DNA from: Ascidiella aspersa
Lineage: Eukaryota
Direction: 5' to 3'
Length of the DNA stretch: 64,000 nucleotides
Assembly: GCA_963924565.1 (NCBI GenBank)
Contig: OZ004612.1
Span: 22,754,001 to 22,818,000, forward strand
Part shown: positions 13,301 through 24,725 of the stretch, in pieces
Numbering within the stretch: position 1 is the first letter of the stretch
Layout of the letters: every line of letters begins with the position of its first letter
The notes under the pieces: generated by a model
The model's input: the letters and a program-made list of their open reading frames with translations, nothing else
Database searches by the model: none
What the model was told of the DNA's origin: nothing
Made by a program: the position numbers and the translations under genes

Positions 13301-14787
13301 GCAATTGTAGGTGTAGCTTGCCTGTGATCGACTGTTGTGACACTGCTCATAAATGCTACAAACAAAGCACTAAGAGTTCAATATTTATCATTTTTTGGGA
13401 GAGATATGACCTCCGTGATTCCCTGGCGCCTATGCCTGTGAACCCTTAATTACCACTTCGTGGCCCCCAGGGGGCCGACGGCCACGGTTGAGAAACCCTG
13501 GTTTAAATTATAAATCAAGATTTCGTTTTAAACATGTGAAGTAAAATGTGTGCACTCACCTTCAAAAGTACAAGGCGCGTTGTCAGGAAGGGTAAATGTG
13601 AATGGAAACTCATTAAGGCCAGCTGGAAGACTTTCTTCCGACGACGAACGGCCACCTGAAAAGAGCTGCGTTTTACAAGGCATTCTCTTGCTATATTAAC
13701 GCCAAAACAACTCGTAAATAAAGCTCGGATATGTTTGATTTGGCCAGTGGTTCAGTGCCTTTTTTCAGCTTGCGGCACACTTAAAAAAACAATAATATCG
13801 TGACTTGGCATTGTTTCTTGATAAACGGCAATATAATAGGTAAATATCATAGTGGGCCTACTAAAAGTTTTCTAAAGTATTATGCCCAATCCCGCTACTT
13901 GTTTACATGCCATACTATGCGTGCTTCCATAGCCTGCAGAAAAGGTTAACATGGGCCCCGCAGGTTCACATTTTCCAAAAATACAAAACGTTTGGCAGTA
14001 GGGTACACCTAAGAACCTGTGGGGGGTTGGGGGCACATTGGTGCGTATAGCGACACAAAGTTGAAAAATTACTGGTTTAGGAAGTATATATTTGTAGAAT
14101 ACGGCGTGAATCGTTTTCTTACTTGCAGGCCAAACTGATACAGTGTTTTCCACATAATATTCTTGTTTGCTGTAACACGCCCTTCGTGCGTGATCATACC
14201 AGTTGTTGTGCGATTTTCCCCGATAACGAAGTTCTACCGCTGCAGTAAAGAAATTGAAGTAAAAAATGAAAAAGTTTGTAAATCTGCATTATACGAATTA
14301 AAATTAGGCAATGAACTGCCAACGAAAAGTTAAATTTCAACTATCTCAAAAATTGAACCATTTTAGTTCAATATATTACGCTGCTGTGAAATAGTTTATT
14401 ATATGTAATTATAAAATTTACTGTTTTTCTTACTATGTATGGCGTGTTGAACAAATGCTTTCCGTTAGCACGTGGACAAATAATTACAAGGAAATGCAGA
14501 TTGAAATCAGAATAGTTTTAGCGAAACAGTAATACATTTTAAAACTGTTGACTTGTGAGCAAATAATAAAATACTGCAGTAGACTGCAATTGAACAACAA
14601 TCAGGACTAACGCAGATGCCCTTTATGTTAGCTTGCCATGTAAAAACATCTAGCACTTTTAAACAATCTACGAACCTCTGCATTTTAATGATTCATCGGT
14701 AGAGATGACCACTTTTCCTGAAACGACTTCGCCAGGTTGAAATACGTGCGAATCTCTCTCATAAACGACTTGAACTTGTGGCGCCAT
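7390..14787 (-). CDS. ARRDC: Alpha-arrestin (arrestin domain-containing protein, ARRDC/TXNIP family), 9 coding exons, 363 aa
   Basis: Exons (minus): 14787-14676, 14239-14123, 13655-13560, 10431-10304, 9662-9486, 9122-9032, 8607-8507 (acceptor least certain), 8266-8173, 7565-7390. Total 1092 nt, open frame. Arrestin_N motifs VFQPGEVVSGKV and LPAGLNEFPFTFTLPDNAPCTFEGKVGWVRY; Arrestin_C motifs DKGGYVPGEPI, LIVPSLPPSDLPGCTIIDLQYRLK and IPFRVGTMPL; C-terminal PPTY (PPxY) and FAPLYAYY. Minus-strand AATAAA at 7275-7280. Confidence 0.95.
9165..9334. repeat. Foldback/MITE-like imperfect inverted repeat in an arrestin intron
   Basis: Arms of about 75 bp (actttcctgtattagtcaaagt...ttcgcca / tggcgaa...actttgactaagacaggaaagt) around a spacer of about 20 bp. 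Confidence 0.8.
11386..11577. mobile_element. Small hAT MITE
   Basis: Termini cagccgttctt / aagaacccctg, perfect TSD cattagac (11378-11385, 11578-11585). Confidence 0.85.
11600..12135 (-). mobile_element. Chapaev3-type (CMC) transposase relic
   Basis: Translation across stops and frameshifts gives RLFLDSSK*SLKCVLLHNQNLY*GVPIGHS...VIKLVKYHEHN*IICV, LM*QFVKSLDNGGECFQDILFALPKLSFDKIKVGVINKPQ, AWLCFVAV and DLGCNMSIELHFLNSHLD. Confidence 0.75.
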
Positions 14788-15475
14788 TCCTCCAAAATAA
14801 ACTGAAGACAATTTGAACGAATCCCAAATCTATAGAACTTAATTTAAGTTCAGTGAAACACTTTTTAGGTACCTGGTGTTTATAGGATGTAACCTGGTTA
14901 ACATTGTAATAGGCTACATTGGTAAGATAAAATAAATAAACCTCCTCGTATATCACATTGAATGGTTTAAAAGAAGATAAAATGGTTATATTTATCCAGG
15001 GGTGGAGCTAGGATTTTTCTTTGGAATGACATGGAAAATTTTCAGAATGACGTCACAAAGTTGCGTCGTGTTGTGACCTTATAAAACAATTAATCTTAAA
15101 AACACTTCTAGTTCTGGAGAACTAGTACGCGAATTGCATGAATCCAGTCTAATCGAGCGAAGAACGAAAAATTGCGTTTTGTGGTTTATATTAGCAAAAC
15201 TTTTAATGTGAAAGGATATATGGCGCTTTAGGCACATAAAAGAGATTCGCATATTGTTTGAAAGGACAGCATTGTTAGTTAAATTTCCCGGAAATTCCAC
15301 TTTATAGTGTTAAGTTCACACGATGCGACACGCCATAGTTTGCATAGCGCCTTTTGTCTGAATAGCCTTGCTTAAAACAGACAAAATCGTATAGTCTTGT
15401 AAAAGTGGATTGAAGTGTCGTTACCTCCGAGTATAAATTGTAAGCTGCAGCTGATAAAAGAACAACACTATAGGA

Positions 15476-15859
15476 CAGTGGTTCTCAAAGTATAGGTCGC
15501 GACCCAAACATGGGCCGCACAGGGTCAAAAAATGGGTCGCCCTATGGTGACTCAATCCTGCGCAAACGAACTTGAGTGGTTTTATGAACGTTTTGATGGC
15601 AGCCAGCTATACAGTAGCTGCTAAGGCTGGTGTAAGCTCAAACAAGCCACGCTGATATTATAAAGGAAAAAATTCAATTTCACCAATCACACTAAAATAA
15701 ATCAATCATTTGTTTGTCATCAATCATTGTTTCATGGTCTGTGTCTTTTTTCTATTTCATGCATATCAGAAAAAGTACATTTTTTTATGTTTAAGGCTTG
15801 GGTGAGATGCTCATAAAACTCAAATTTGGGTCGCGCACAAAAAAGTTTGAGAACCACTG
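15476..15859. mobile_element. hAT-Charlie-like MITE
   Basis: TIR cagtggttctcaaa / tttgagaaccactg, perfect TSD ctatagga, subterminal gggtcgc. Confidence 0.92.
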
Positions 15860-15966
15860 CTATAGGATCACCTAATATTTGCTTTCAAATGGACTTTCAA
15901 ACTTGATACTGTAGATACTACACTTTGCTATTCAGCTGACATAAACAGTTAAAAACAGTTAACATA

Positions 15967-16440
15967 CCCAGACAAGGGTAACTTTCCACAGGTAAAAAAA
16001 CACAAACAGGATTTGGCTATTACAAATTCGTAATTATCAACTATCAGACATCCTGTAATTCTGCTGGACTACTGATTTTACGATTTCCTCGTAACACTAG
16101 GTTTACAATTTCTCTCTTTAAAACTACTGCTTTTGCAGTTTTTCTGCTCTTTTAGACACCTTTTTGACAGCTAAGTCTTAATGTTACTTGTTCACAATAT
16201 TACCACAAACAAGTAATGTTTTACTTTGAGCACATAATAGAGTTATTTTATAAATTCTAAATGCTGTAGTACTGTTGTCGGGAAAACGACCATATGTAGC
16301 ACATATTGGTTAACCAAGCACGTTTTTTCAAGTCAATTTAGGCATATCGCACGTAACGCCTGGTCACGTGAAGGCTAGTCATAGAGCTTTACCACGCCTT
16401 CCGTAGTTTGCCCTGTGCTGCGTTTGTTTACCTACCGCTT
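15967..16440 (-). promoter_or_regulatory. Probable promoter and non-coding first exon of the alpha-arrestin gene
   Basis: Minus-strand TATAAAA near 16246-16252. Donor gtatgt at 15966 can pair with the acceptor ttcag at 14802-14804, just upstream of the ATG. GTCACGTGA E-box at 16363-16371 and TGTTTAC forkhead site at 16425-16431. Confidence 0.45.
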
Positions 16441-16668
16441 TGTTAGCAAACTACTTAATAGATATAGCGTCCATTCAACGACCCAAATAAAAACTAATCG
16501 CATGCTCTGCAGTGGACATACACAAAAGGGTCGTGGCTAAAATTTAATAACTTTTTTATTTCATAAGCAAGGCTGAAGTTAAAGTTAAATACTATAATCT
16601 TCAACACGGTATCAATTTTGATGGGGCTCTTTTTCGTTTTTTGTTTTGGTTTATTTGGTGCAATAGAC

Positions 16669-16923
16669 CAGTGCTTCTTAAACTTTTTTAGTTTTGTTCA
16701 CCCATAGCATCTATCTTCAGATGTCATTCACCTTTGTCTCATGATTTGATAAAACTATCTCGTCTATCTAACAGCACAAAATGAACACCCGGAATATCCG
16801 CCCTGCTCGCAAGCTATCATCCATTTTTGACGGTTCACCCTTATTCACCGCTTTTGGTTGGTTCACCCCTGCAAAAAATGTATTTACCCTTGGGTGAACC
16901 ATTCACCTGATTAAGAAACACTG
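16669..16923. mobile_element. hAT MITE
   Basis: TIR cagtgcttcttaa / ttaagaaacactg, perfect TSD caatagac, internal ttcaccc repeats. Confidence 0.9.
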
Positions 16924-16979
16924 CAATAGACCACCAACCGGGTCAATTTTTTGATATAGCTGAAAAACAACCTTCAGTC

Positions 16980-17900
16980 CAGTGCTCTGCAACTTTTTTT
17001 TAACTTGCGGCACACCAACAGAGCTAAAAAATTAGGCAGCACACCTACAAAATATATGACGATCAATAATAGACAGCAAAAGCAATAAAAAAAACGCCCC
17101 CAAAAAACGTGAGATTTAGGATGAAATGCGCCGAAGGCGCCGAAAATTTGACATTTTACATTCTTTTATACTCTGATTTTACGGTCTTCCTAAAACATTT
17201 TTAGACGGGTTAAAACATCTTCAGACCGCCTTCTTCAAGCATCCTTAGACGGCTACAGGGACTCCAGCCACGTTAACGGAATAAAACACAGTTAGGAATC
17301 AGATCAAAATAGGACTAACACCTATAGTCGTAAAACCGTCTAAATCGGATTAAGTCCTAACCTGTCAGATAACACCCAAACTGTGAGAATAAGACCTATC
17401 AGCCTTTTGCCTAACCTCAAACCTCACCCCTAAACTCATCACCAACTCCTCTAATGCTTCCATTTCCAACCCTCATATAATATTTAACCCCATCGATTAC
17501 CTACCACTCCTCAAACAGTATCATACCCTCTTCTTACGTTTCAGGCAATATTTTATCCATTTAAAGCCTTATTCCATCAACTTTTATTTCGACAGGTTTA
17601 GGTGTTTTTTTAGACGATTTTAGATCTTATTCTATCGTGGTTAGAAAACATTTTCTGTTTATTTATACTCCTGTTATTGTATTATCTAAAAAAATGTTTT
17701 AAATTCGATTTCCGGCGATTCAACGTAACAAAGGTTTTATATTTAAATGTTAAGGATAATTTATAAGTTACACCATAATTATTATTACATAAGGTTGAAA
17801 TTCCTGCCTTGATGTAACTAAAAAAAACGCAACTAAACACCTCCAGGAACGTCGCGGCACAACTGGCATGGTCTCGCGGCACACCGGTTGCGGAGTACTG
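16980..17900. mobile_element. hAT MITE (gcggcacac subterminal motifs) containing a nested unclassified repeat
   Basis: Termini cagtgctctgcaac / gttgcggagtactg; the flanks do not match as a TSD. Internal 17260-17630 resembles 46030-46400 and 52300-52750. Confidence 0.6.
17260..17630 (+). repeat. Interspersed repeat family with core caaaataggactaa and TAACCC-like tracts (other copies about 46030-46400 and 52300-52750)
   Basis: aaaataggactaacaccta(a)tagtcg is shared with 52345-52370, caaaataggactaa with 46053-46066, and cataccctctt with about 52628. Confidence 0.7.
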
Positions 17901-19732
17901 GTCTAAACTAAACAACGAGAAAAAAATAAAAGTTATTTGATTAGTCACAATCTGCGACCAGAGTTTAGTACAAATTCAGTTAGTAACTTAATACTATTTT
18001 CATTAAGCAGAAGGTTCTTCAAGTTATATTCAACATTTAGGTTATTAAAAATAGTTTAAGATTATTTCTAATGTTAGAGTATCCTTTGCAATGAACTAGA
18101 AAATGTTCAGTGGTTTCTGGGTGGCAAAAATCACACATTCCATTTGGGGGGCATCCAATCCTATACAGATGGTAGTTTTAAAGCGTATATGGTAGTTTCA
18201 AAGCGTAGTTTAATTTGCTATGGCCTGTACAAATGTACAAATTGCAAAAGAAGGCGATTACCGTAAACGTCTGTTTCGGAAATCCTGGCATATACACCAA
18301 AGGCCGGACACCATGAACATCAAAAACAGACGTTTTGTTTCCAACGCCGTACTGACAGGTGCTGAAAGATAACAACTGAGATGTGCGTTGTCTCCTCCCT
18401 GTATATTTTTGAGCGTTATCTCGCACATTTTATCTTCTTTTTCTTTGTGTCATTTTATTTTGCAACCTGTTGGCCATGTGCGTCATTCCCCGACAAAGGC
18501 TTTTCGAATAGTAAGCCGAAACGTTGGTTTAACACATATATACCACCAGAACTTATTTTTATCGACTTTGAATGATCGTGTATTGTGACTCGAGAGATAG
18601 ACTACCTTCACCCGGCCTTTCTGGAATCATGGGCGATATATGAGCATACCAACCAATGAACATTAAGCAAGACGCTTACTTGCTCCTTCATATCATTTTC
18701 TGTATAGTAGCGGGCTTAAGAAAGTTGCAGCCGTAGTTGTTGCTTTGTCCGGCTATCGGGTGTTTATCTTGTTTTTCGCATCTCGTGGTTTAGATTTTAG
18801 AACGACCCATTGTCGTTTTTCCTGTTTGTCTGGTATATATATTTTATTTTGCCTATGGTTGTAGTTATATTTCCCTGAAGAAGATTGCCCGAAAAGGTGG
18901 TCGAAACGTTGGTATACTTCAATAAAATTTTGCCAGAAAAACAATGCCTGGCAGCAACAGCATACTAAATTATTTGTAGCTATGTGTTTTCAGGAAAGAA
19001 ATTATTAGAGGCATTAGTAATGAAATATAAAACAAATCACGCAAGTTGCCCGATAAGCATGCTGGACGCATAATTTTGGTATAAAAAAAATTGGATTGTT
19101 ATTATAGTGGCTAAATGGTGCCACTACTTCATATTTAAACAGCATATTTCTGTGGACATTCTACTTTCATTTATTGTAATTTATTAAAAATTTGTTTTTT
19201 TGAAACCACTTTTTAGTGTTTCACTGATTGTTCGGTAGAAGTAAACCGTTTTGCAAATAAAATCAATGAAATACATTTACCATTACTACAACATAAAGTA
19301 TTTTAGCTTTTAGCATAATAGTGTTTGTCAACAGAATGGAAAGAGCAAAAACTGATACTGATTAATTTTGGCTTGAGGTGTACAAAAACTCATTTAAAAT
19401 CCTCGAAGGCGCCCATAGCAAATAGTAGCAAGGTTGCCGCTATAAATCACATAGCAATTTAGCTAAAGGCATAACCTGTTGTTAAGCTTCAATTCTTACT
19501 CTTCATGGACTGCAGTAAACATGACCCCAAAGCAACAAGCCTGTGTAGTGTGCAGTCTTGTTAACATGCATACGTCGATCACACTAGAGCAAATCTAGAA
19601 AACGATTCGTTAAACGACCATCGAAAACTACCATATTTTACTTTGCGTAGCATTCTACATATTCTTTTTAATTCGGTGAACAGCTATTTTTCAAATTCGT
19701 CATTAACCCCGTACAAATTGTAAAATAGAGAG

Positions 19733-20022
19733 CAGTGATTTTCCATACTTTCGGCCGCTATAGTGTGCCTCGAGAAATTGTTAAGTTTGCGTCGCGAAAC
19801 TTTGTAATATTACAAACATCATACTTGTATTACAAATGGACATGAAGCCAATCATGTGTGACTTAAATGAACACTATTCCTAGAAAAATGAATCATATTA
19901 AGATGTTTAATTGTTGATTTTCCGTGTGTTAAGGACAATTGTCAAGTTATAGTATTAAGTGTGCCACGAATTTTGTATAATTTATTAGTGTGCCGCAAGC
20001 TAAAAAAGCTTGACAACCACTA
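19733..20022. mobile_element. Degenerate hAT MITE downstream of the BTB stop codon
   Basis: Termini cagtgattttc / gacaaccacta, internal gtgtgccgc motifs, flanks atagagag / atagagtt. Confidence 0.55.
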
Positions 20023-20903
20023 ATAGAGTTTAATACTATTTAACTGATATTTTGATTTTAGCTTAAAAAATAATTCAACTTTTTTGGGACATTTTCGGCC
20101 CATGAAATCTCGAATTGTCAACTACCTTGTCACAGTAGCACACGGCAAACTCAGATCCTTATGTAGCCTATAGCACGGTTCGGATGTTAGTTGATTTCTG
20201 ATTGAGAATAATTTCACATTTAATTTTAATGATCTCAAGTCGCTTAACTCGCCATATTTTCGGGCAGCTCTTTGCTTTTAACTTGAATGTACAACCTGTG
20301 AAAATAGAGCCTTTTTTTCAAAGTTAAGTTGTATTTGCGGATTTTTTTCACGAAATGGTAACCAAACCTGGATGACGTAACAATAATTTACACCTTCACC
20401 GAAGCGCCACAGAAGGAAAACGTGAGAGATTGAATCAAAAACCGGCACAGCTTTGTATGGAACAGTTTGTACAATTCAGACGAAACTCGCAATTAGAATA
20501 GACATTTGTAAACGTATGCTTCATTATGCAACACAGCAAAGTTCAATTTACAATCTAAACGGACAATTTACAAGGTATACGGACGAGACGTCGACAATTC
20601 TGCACTGAAAGGAAATTTACTGCCGTTTCTGGCAGTCGACAACTTTGTTTTTCACAATAAAGTTACAATAGTGAGCGTATGTAAATAGTACTATTTGTAC
20701 AAAAAACACAAGCAAGGTCAATCAGGGGCCGTTGCAAGGCGTCCCGTCGTCCAAGCAAAGCAATACAAACTCGAAATGGCAAGATATTGACTCTGGTAGT
20801 GTGCGGCGCAAAAAGGAGGCGGGCGAAATCACGCAAAGGAACTCGTGCAAAAACAACAAGAACGAACGAACAAATAAATCGATAAAAGACGAAGGCAGCT
20901 CGG

Positions 20904-23900
20904 CTAAACGACGCACTGCTGGTGCATTTTCAGGTCGGTGGTCGACACAGGGTTCGAGTCACATCTTCGCATCGCCACCACGTCGTTGACGACTGGCGCC
21001 ATGACGTGCACACTCGGTATAGAAGCAACCGAGAGGTCTTGAATCGTGTTCGAGAAGCAACTGTGACTGGCACCGCTGTCACTTGCGCAGCCCGCGCTCT
21101 CGGTGTCCGTACCTGAGCTGTGGAGAGCAGACAGCAGCTTACGTTTGCGCAAGTGCTTTATGTAGGAAATGTCAGGGTGGTGGTGGCTCTTCACCTGTTG
21201 ACTGCTGACGGGCGATTGGGCGATCTCAGCCGGCGGTGGCGAATCATATCCGAGATCGCCGAAGGATTTTGCGGCCGATGCTTGGTGATAGTCGTGGTAG
21301 TAGTCCTTGCCGGTGTCGAAAGAAGCGGGGCGTTTTATAGGCGAAGCTGGGTTTACGAGTGGATATAGCACGGGGGGCTTCGTCTCCTTTGCGGGTTGGG
21401 TTAGTAAATGCGGGTAAGCGGCGGGCAAGGGCGACTGGTGCACAAAAACTCCAAGGTCTGTCAGCAGGGGCGAGTTTACGCTTCGTTCGCGCATTAGATG
21501 TGGCGAAAATGTGCCGACGTGGTTGTAGACTGGCTGCCTGCCGCTGTACGCCTCCATCAGCATGCTAATGTAGGCTGGGTCGAACGAGAAGGGGTAAGCC
21601 AGACCGCCAAGCTGCGGGTTGAAATAAGACAGCAAGGCGGCGTTGTCGATCGCGTTTTCGCTTCCGACTCTTTGTCCGACAGAAGGCGTTCTCGCGCTGT
21701 CAAGAAGCTGTGATTTCTGGTTCAACTCCGCGTCGGAACTGCTGCGCTCCTGTCGCTGGCGACGCACGAACACGCCGTGCGAAATTTTCCGCTTCTTTGG
21801 CCTTTCGCCCGACTCCTTTTTGCCGCTTGCGCTTTCAAAATCGAGTCCGACCAGGGCTTTGGCGCGGAATCGCGGACGAAGGCAAGCGTTGTTTGCATGG
21901 CCCGCTGGTGGACCTTCGCTAACGGTGCGACTACGCCGCTTGTCGAGTCCACTTGTACGATCCGCCACGCAAGGGCGCTCTGGGGCTTGTACGTCGATCC
22001 GTGACGTCACTGTCGGTTGCATCGCTCCCGGAGAAGCAGCTGGGCTTCTGCTGCTCGGAAACGAACTTGTTGTTTGAATGATGTGAGCCTTGGCCTTGTA
22101 TTCAGTGATTGTCGGTTTGTGGTGGACGTCAGCGCGTTGAATAGGAGGGGGCGATGAAACTTCAGTTGTTGTCGGTCGCCCATCGACCACTTTGTCGGCG
22201 ATTATTTTGGTTTCTGAAATGCGACGGGTGTTGATTCGTTATTTGTTTGCCTGTGGTTCTTTAAACAGGATTTGCCTCTCGGCACCGATAGCCCTTGCTA
22301 AATAGTCAACCACAACTTACATCAGATAATATAACAGCTACAGTTTTTATACATTTATAAAAACGGCAAATTAAAGCCATAATTTAAGTAGTAAAAGGAT
22401 CAAAATTCTAGGGGTAGCAAACATAGAATTACCTGTGTTGTTGTTTCCGGTACCGGGTTTCGATTTTACTTTCATCGTCTTCGTTTTCGCACTAAATAAA
22501 CAAAAAATAAGTTTTAAAAAACAGGATGAATCACGTGTCTGCGATATTTGCACACGATCTGCCTATATCTCGGGTGGTTTCCGTCTAACGATTTCAAAAC
22601 TGTTGGAATTTAGTTCTTTCGGGTTAAACCATGGTGACTCGCACCCGTTGGAATTTCGCGGACTTACCTTTTTACTTCAGCCTGGCGGTTCGATTCCAGC
22701 TTGATCAGGTTGCTGTTTACGCGTATGACGTCACCGCTGGCCAAGGTGAAGCCGTCGGTTGCCCACGTCTTTTCGCGCTTGAAAACGGCCAGGCAGGTGT
22801 TGGTCAATCGGTCGACCTTGGAGAGTAAGGTAACGGTTAGCTATAAGCTCGCGATACGTTTTATAAACATAACTAAGCGCCAGCGCTCTTGCTACTGGCA
22901 TTAATTTCAAGGCGGGAGCATTACGGATTCGGGCAAAGCTGGCTTCGTCTTCATTTGTTTTGGACGAAAGCGCGGACGACCGCGGCCTTACATGAACCGA
23001 GCACGACGGAAGTTTGCCTTGGGCATTGTATGCAAAACGACGTACCTCAAATTGACGTCACTGATTGGATGTATGAATCGTTGTTGAGTGCGTGCCGCTT
23101 GTTTTTCTATTTTAGTGGATGTTTAATGCACTCGACAAGGCGAGAAACAACTACTGGTAGTTTAGTTATTTAAATCGGATGTGTCCAGAAGTTACATAAT
23201 TTTCTAATTTAAACTGGCGATGTGTAAGTAAACACAGCCTCATAGTATTGTTGCTAAGCTCCGACCACTGTTAACAAAACTCTCGAAAACCTTCTACATA
23301 AAACGGTTTATAAATGTAAAAAGGAATTAATAATCTCAAGCTCCGATAACTGTTGAGAAACCTCCCGAAAAAATGTCTGCATAAAAGTTTGTACATTTAA
23401 AATCGAAGAAAAAATAAATTTCATAAGAGCATATTTTTGAAACGGTCGAGCAACATGATCCATAACCCCGGCCTATCACGTCACTTTAGCCAGAACACAC
23501 AAAAAAGATTTGGATTATTTAATGTCTAACTAAACTTAATTTTTTAGGTAAACGCGGCCTAGTTTTGCTGAACTGGGAAATATGGGAAAGAATTGAAATA
23601 AATTCCGTCATTACGCTTGCTAGAACTTTTACCGTCGAAATTTTACCGTCGAAAATTGTTTTCTGCCAAACGCAGCACTAGAAGTAGAATTACGGCTTTG
23701 GACAAAATGAAAACATTTTACCCTCGGTAAAAGCTACTTTGCTTGATTTAGGCTGTCTTTAATTGGCTAATTGTCAAATTAGGCACGCGAATAATTGCTG
23801 TACTGTTACTTGTTCCCCACAAGAATTCTGCGGGTAATTTTATCCCCAGCCTAAATATTGCGGCCGTAATAGCACTGCAATTTAAATACCGCGAACACCT

Positions 23901-24725
23901 AATTACGCATTAATTTCAATTGCTTAATGTTTCTGTTAAAAAGAAGGCCGGTGCGTAAAGTTCATATATTTTAAAACTTAATAATAGCATAGGACAGATG
24001 CTCGATTAATGCGCAATGTCCCGTTAAAACAGTTTTTTAACCTTTATAAGTCACCAAATTTGTTTTTAAAGAATATACACGAAATACTCTGCGTTTTTGT
24101 ACAATATTGCATAATCGATTTGTTCAAGAGTTTTCTGAGTGGTCGAAAGCCACGTATATATGTTTTGTTCGTTTGACCGACCCGCCCACAGCATGCCTCG
24201 TGATGTGTGCGTCATATAGTTGCGCCCAAGAAAGCAACAGTTTCTTTATCGTTGGAAAACATTATACATAGGCTACTGTAGTGTTTTGTTACATACCTGC
24301 AACATGCAAGACACCAGCAGTATCTTGTACGCACTGTCTTTGGTAATGTGCAGTCTTGAGGTGTACATGTATTCGAGCACTTGCGCGAACGGCTTTAAGG
24401 GAAGACCCGGCAAGGTTATGACGTAAGGTAAGTCGCCAAACTGGGTGCGTTTGCGTTTTTTTGACGAATGTTCACCGCATTCGGTTTCTGATTGCTTCGT
24501 TTCGGCTGCGAAGCGCTTCTTGAAGTAACCGCTGCAAGCCGACAGCACCGACTTGTGGGCCATTAGGCTGTTCCCGTCGACCACTAATGTGGTGTCACAA
24601 AGCGATTTGTCTTTGCGCTTTCGCTGATCGTCGAGCGATTTCATGATTCCGCCGAAATGACTGCTCGAGTTTAGAACGTAACTTCCTCGCTGTGCGACCA
24701 ATCGATCGCCGTTGACGCGCTTCAT
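20904..24725 (-). CDS. BTB/POZ domain protein with a long low-complexity C-terminal region (no zinc finger, Kelch or bZIP recognised), 648 aa
   Basis: Exons (minus): 24725-24297, 22816-22668, 22491-22433, 22213-20904. Intron phases 0/2/1 join into one 1947-nt frame. BTB motif SLDDQRKR..LCDTTLVVDGNSLMAHKSVLSACSGYF...FAQVLEYMYTSRLHIT...ILLVSCMLQ|VDRLTNTC. The last exon is the 428-aa ORF of the track plus a few codons, S/P-rich, with basic NLS-like clusters (RPKKRK, RKRK). Confidence 0.9.

Larger units (their letters stand above)
10793..13500. mobile_element. hAT (Charlie-like) non-autonomous element inflated by nested insertions
   Basis: Termini ccgtggttctcaac / gttgagaaaccctg, subterminal cttcgtggcccc at both ends, flanks gtttaaaa / gtttaaat. 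Confidence 0.7.

Noticed and set aside
14788-14810. Acceptor just upstream of the arrestin ATG as a trans-splice site
   Set aside because: A plausible cis donor (15966) and TATA box (about 16250) lie upstream.
20904-20918. Possible CaaX prenylation signal at the BTB C-terminus (QQCVV*)
   Set aside because: The Cys is third from the end, not fourth, so it is not a CaaX box.
20722-22077. Multiple plus-strand ORFs over the BTB last exon
   Set aside because: Antisense or alternative-frame shadows of the GC-rich minus-strand coding exon.
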